From the NCBI RefSeq assembly GCF_009914755.1, contig NC_060934.1: a stretch of 64,000 nucleotides of DNA. One strand, given 5' to 3'. A program made the translations under genes and the position numbers. This stretch comes from the human T2T-CHM13v2.0 reference genome, Homo sapiens. Of the stretch, positions 58,770 through 64,000 are shown in pieces (within the stretch, counting starts at the first letter, position 1; each line of letters opens with the position of its first letter). Under the pieces are notes generated by a model. The model made no database searches and was not told where the DNA came from. It saw only the letters and a program-made list of their open reading frames with translations.

Positions 58770-59067
58770 TTTTTTTTATTTGAGATAGGGTCTCACTCTG
58801 TTGTCCAGGCTGGAGTGCAGGGGCACAATCACAGCTCACTGCAACCTCGGCTTCCTAAGCTCAAGCAATCCTCCTGCCTCAGCCTCCCCAGCAGCTGGGA
58901 CTACAGATGTGCACCAACATGCCCAGCTAATTTGTGTACTTTTAGTTGAGATGGGGTTTTGCCATATTGACCAGGCTGGTCTTGAATTCCTGAACTTGAG
59001 TGATCTGCCCGTCTCGGCCTCCCAAAGTGCATGCTGGGATTACAGACGTGAGCCACGGTACCCGGAC
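58770..59067 (-). mobile_element. Chimeric Alu (J-type right arm; left arm shared with the Alu at 56825)
   Basis: Antisense dimer; see findings. Confidence 0.92.
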
Positions 59068-59332
59068 TACATCTTTTCTTGATATTTCTGTCAAAATGTT
59101 CAGGATTGTCACGACTTGGACAAACCACTTTCAAAAGCTTTGTTTATTTGTGGCTTTTTCTTTATAAGAGGCAACCCCAACACTACTACCAAACTGCCGT
59201 ATAATTGTTTATCAAACCTAGACTGGGGAGGGGACAAAAATGATAGTGATCAATGGAGATGGGAGTTGACACAGTTTCTGCTTCTAAGACTTCTTTGAAC
59301 TCTCAAGCTGTGTTTTTAAAAAGAGAGAGAGA

Positions 59333-59630
59333 TAGGGTGCAGTAGCACATGCCTGGAATCCCAGTGCTTTCGGAGGCTCAGGCAATGAAATTGCTTGGGG
59401 CCAGTAGTTCAAGACCAGCTTGGGTAACATAAGAAGACACTGTCTCTACAAAAAATAAAAAATAATAATAATAGCCAGGCAAGGTGGCACATGCCTATAG
59501 TTTCAGCTACTTGGAGGGCTAAGGCAGGAGGAGAGTTTGAGCCCAGGAGTTTGAGGCTGCAGTGATCTCTGATCTTGCCACTGCACTCCAGCCTGGACAA
59601 CAGAGCAAGAGAAGTCTGACAAGACAAAAA
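59333..59630 (+). mobile_element. AluJ
   Basis: Diverged sense dimer. Confidence 0.9.
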
Positions 59631-61042
59631 TTTTTTTTTTCTCTAATTGGCCTATCCTTCATGGTAGGGGTGTGAAAGAGACCCCCATCATCTACCCTAA
59701 AAGTAACTCATGAACTCCTTGGTACAGGGATGTTCCTAGGTTCCTTCAAGGTGGACACATATGCTGAGAACCTCCTTTAAGGCAGGTTCGACCGGGGGCT
59801 CTGCCCTGAGGTTACCAGTGTGAAGAGTACAGGTGAAGGCTGTTGAAAAATTTAAGAACTCCAAGGATTAGAGGTAACAATCACAGAAACCTTCTGAATT
59901 CTACTGAGTGAGAACTAGCAGGAGGGTTGAACAATTCAAGTGGAAGCAAACGTTGGGAGAAGTACTCATTTCACCTGGGATTGTTGATTAGGCTGCTTCA
60001 AGGGAAATCCTATTCTTGAAGGTGGCTTTGACCATCTGGAGGAGGTTAGGATGTTGGTGCGTGGGGCTGTCGTAAGCAGGATGGGGTGGAGATGTGTAGG
60101 AGGTGAGGGAGGACTTCAGACAGAGAGACTGACCCATGCTGAAAAAGCATAGAGCTAGGCAGTAACATATTTGAAGAGAAAAACAAGAACACTGAAGTTT
60201 ACAGAGTGCTGATAAGTGATCTCCAGATTATATGGTCTTAGACTCGATTTTTCTTAATTTAAAATTGAATTTACACCTCACTTTATTTGAAAAGTTATGT
60301 GTCATGCACGAATGAAATAATGTGCAGACAGAGTTCACTTTATATCATTAGTGGTGTCTTGGAAAGTTACACATTAATTTATTTAGAAATCTGCAGGAAA
60401 TTCCTTTATGTTATAAAAGCTCATTCTTCTAAGTTATTCTAATTTTACAAGTTGGAATGGGCCATGCCTGCAGAGTGTTTGATGGTCCCTTTAACAGTAC
60501 TGGGATTGTCTAATAATGGAATTATGTTTACAATGTGACCTTTCAAACAATAAATGTGCCTCAATGTGCATTATCTTCATAGCTCTAAGGAGTTGTTTCT
60601 TTTTTTTTTTTCAAATCACTCCTGTGTCTTAAATTTCCTTGGCCAGCTTCAACCTGAGGCACAAAGGAAAGTAATTGCTTGATTCAATTTCTCACTGTGT
60701 CAAAATAATGAAATTGATGGGCATCTTTTACTCCCAAACCTGGAAATGCACTCTATTTTGCAAATTGAATCTTAACCATGGTATCTAAATATGTTCATTA
60801 AAAGCAAAACTACTGTCTTTTAAAAATGTTCATAAACAGAGACACTCATGCCTGAGGTCATAAAGCCAAGTTGGCATTTTGATCAGGTGTGAAGAATATT
60901 TCTGTCTCAATTTTAGTAAGACATGATTTTTCTGACTCAGTACCTCAGCATAACCTAAGAAACCAAACTTTGTGAACAGTATTGACTTTAAACATCATAG
61001 TAATCATAAGAACAAAGAGAAATTATGAGATATGGAAAATAG

Positions 61043-61537
<495 letters not shown>

Positions 61538-61921
61538 TAGCCAACTTTCTATTCTATTATGTTAAAAAAAATGGAGAAATTACTACTTCTCCAATGTTAA
61601 AAAAGGTATTTTTTGTTGTTGTTCCAATTTAAGGGAATTTGTTTGCTCAACAAAGGCTGAAGTGCTTTATACAAGGCACCGTGCCCGTCTCCTGAGGAGC
61701 CTCTGAACGTTCCCAGAAGCACACGTCCAGGCCGGGCAGAGCATGGCTTCTGTTTCTACCTCTCAGTGAAATCAATCCCCCTAAGCTTTCTTTCAAAGTA
61801 GCCCAAATGTGTGGCTCATGGGCTATAAGTCAGATATGAAAGAAGAGAAGTTTGGAGAATAAAGGCGCATTTTCTTATTTATTTATTTTTTATTTTTTAA
61901 GGAAATGATAGATATCCTTAC

Positions 61922-61936
61922 CACATCTTCGTGCAT
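61922..61936 (-). CDS. Candidate micro first exon MHEDV (phase 0)
   Basis: CAGGCC-ATG-CAC-GAA-GAT-GTG|GTAAGG on the minus strand; G at -3; in-frame stop upstream; lies in a CpG-rich islet (61930-62063). Confidence 0.3.
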
Positions 61937-63171
61937 GGCCTGCCCGGATACAACTGCGTGGGTACTGCGATGGAGCACAAACAAACGCGACCGCTAAAGT
62001 CGTGTAGGGTGTTTCCCTTTCATGTCTGAATTTGTTTAGACAGTTACACAATCAGAGAGCGCGGAATGAGAGAAAACAAAACCCAGGAGAAAGGAATGCT
62101 TTGAATCTAGGTCCCTGGGCCTTGATACTTTTTCTTTGTTAAATCAACCCAAGGCCCCTCCATATGCTGATCATCTTTTGCCAATGTCTGTGTCTGAACA
62201 GGTTTTCCCAGGCATATAGCTCAGAAAGAACCTTTCATCCTCCTTTTCCTGTTATGTGTATAATGTGGTGTAGCCCAAAGCCACTGTGGGTTCTAATTTG
62301 CATGTCTATTTCAAGAAGCCCGGAAACTATTTGCATAAGACTCTTGCTTCCTGAGAGATCCCAGCAGAAGGATGTAGAGATAGAGTCTTTCATTTTTTCA
62401 TTTAGTTCTAGATATCCATAGTGAGAGATCTGTGTGTCTAAACCCTAAAATCTGTAGAATGTGCATGAAAAAATCTACCACCCTAAGCGTAAGGAGAGCT
62501 AGTACAGATGAGGATGTCGTGGCAGAAACTAGTACAAAAAACATTACAACATTTTGTAATTTTCCTAACTTCAAGTATTTTTTGGAGGTTTGTTGTAGAA
62601 CTATGGAAACTTGAAACATAAAGCAAGACTATTTAAAGGTTCAATCTCGTCTTGTAAGAAAGAGAAACAGGTAGAGAGACAGAAAGGGGATATATACTTC
62701 ATGGTCAGAGAGCTGCAGGGGCGGTTGTTAGCTGTGCAGATGAGCAGAAGAGAGGATAGCAGCAGCTCAACAGTGGCACCTTCAGTAGTTCTAGAGAGAA
62801 GGGATGGCAACAGCAGTAGACCAGGCTAGTACCAGCCAAAGCAACAGATACGTACAATCCAGACTAGTCCTGGGCGGAATAGGGTAGACAGGGCAGGGCC
62901 CAGTGGAGACAGCCATGGCCAGGTTTCCCATAGAGTTAGAGTGAGATAAAGTGGTAACAGCAACAGGGCAGAGAGAGACTGGGCAGGAACTGCAAAGATG
63001 GCAGCTGGAGCAGAATGATGTGCATCAGGTGAGAGGAAAAGCACAAGGCCAGAGGATCAACTGTGCAGGGTCCATGGTGATGGAGCACAGCAGTGGGCAG
63101 AAGTGCGGGCTGGGACCTACCCCCGTAAAGGAGACACTGGAAACCATCGTCCAAAGAGACAAAGACACCAA

Positions 63172-63661
63172 TGACTAACAGAATTTATTGAGCTTACAAA
63201 ATCGCAGATAAAAAGAAAAAGAAAAAAAAAAAAAGACTGGCCAAAATGCTAAAACTCCCTCCTCTTATGGGATAACAAAACAGGCTACAATTGGTTGGAA
63301 TCAATATGACCAACCAGAGCCTGTACAGAACCAGCCTGTGATGTCACAGTCTGAACTACCACCACACGTTTCGTACTAACGCCCCCTGAATTTGCACATG
63401 CGACCCATGAGGAGGCATGAAGAGATAACTGCTCATGCCAAGACCTTTCTAGGTTTCCCCTTTCCTTCCACCGATCACCCACTAATCCCAGAATCCACCC
63501 CGTAAACCTCTTCTAATAAAACTACTCCCTTGAAGCCAGCAGAGGGAGACAGATCTGAGCTGGACTCCTGTCTCCCTGGGAACAATAAAAGCTTTGCTTT
63601 TCTCACAAACCTGGTGTCATAGTCTTGGCACACTGGGCAGTGACCCTTTGGCTCCATGACA
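63172..63661 (+). mobile_element. ERV1-class solo LTR (subfamily uncertain)
   Basis: 'gaatttgcacatgcgacccatgagg…agagataactgctcatgcc…ggagacagatctgagctggactcctgtctcc…caataaaagc…tgaca'; 5' boundary approximate. Confidence 0.65.
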
Positions 63662-63910
63662 AACATGATGGTCTAGGGACCCTGCTTCTCTCCTGTTCAG
63701 TCTCAGGTGACCCAAGGACTAGACCATGCATCCTCTTCCTTCTTACCTATCTTCATATCCTCATGAGAGAAGGGAGGGTTATCAGCCTCTGAGGATGCAG
63801 ATGTTGCGCTCAGCCCCAGGATCCCCAGGAGACTGGCAAAGAAGATCATAGCTTTGACTGTTCAGGGTGGCCTTGGACACAAGTTGTACCCTTAAGGAAT
63901 ACCCTTCTCT

Positions 63911-64000
63911 GACCAGTATGGTGGTTCATGCCTATAATCACAGCACTTTGGGAGGCCAGGGAGGGAAGACTGCTTGAGCCCAGGAGTTTTGAGACCAGCC
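63911..64000 (+). mobile_element. Alu (J-like), cut by the window end
   Basis: Left-arm sequence. Confidence 0.9.

Overview
Human/primate genomic DNA, almost entirely non-coding. It holds about 26 Alus, several L1 3' fragments, many MIR/L2 relics, ERV1/MaLR solo LTRs, hAT and mariner MITEs, and several simple repeats. None of the listed six-frame ORFs is credible: most come from Alu, L1 or simple repeats, and the rest lack any coding signal. The best gene signal is on the minus strand, in a CpG-enriched promoter-like region (~50.8-51.65 kb). There a perfect Kozak ATG at 51129 starts an 11-codon phase-0 exon (MEGLLSPMRTK) that ends at a consensus AAG|GTAAGG donor. From memory this matches an alternative N-terminus of FRMD4A, which would place the window in that gene's large 5' intron; this is unverified. 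Two weaker phase-0 micro first-exon candidates (MHEDV at 61.9 kb, MSA at 30.5 kb) suggest an array of alternative promoters. Structural oddities seen directly in the sequence: a two-part inverted templated insertion in an old L1 (56 bp copied from 2.7 kb away plus 16 bp from 0.2 kb away), an apparent gene-conversion tract between inverted Alus, an Alu with two right-arm-type monomers, a fold-back insertion in a MIR, and several short islets lacking the usual CpG depletion.
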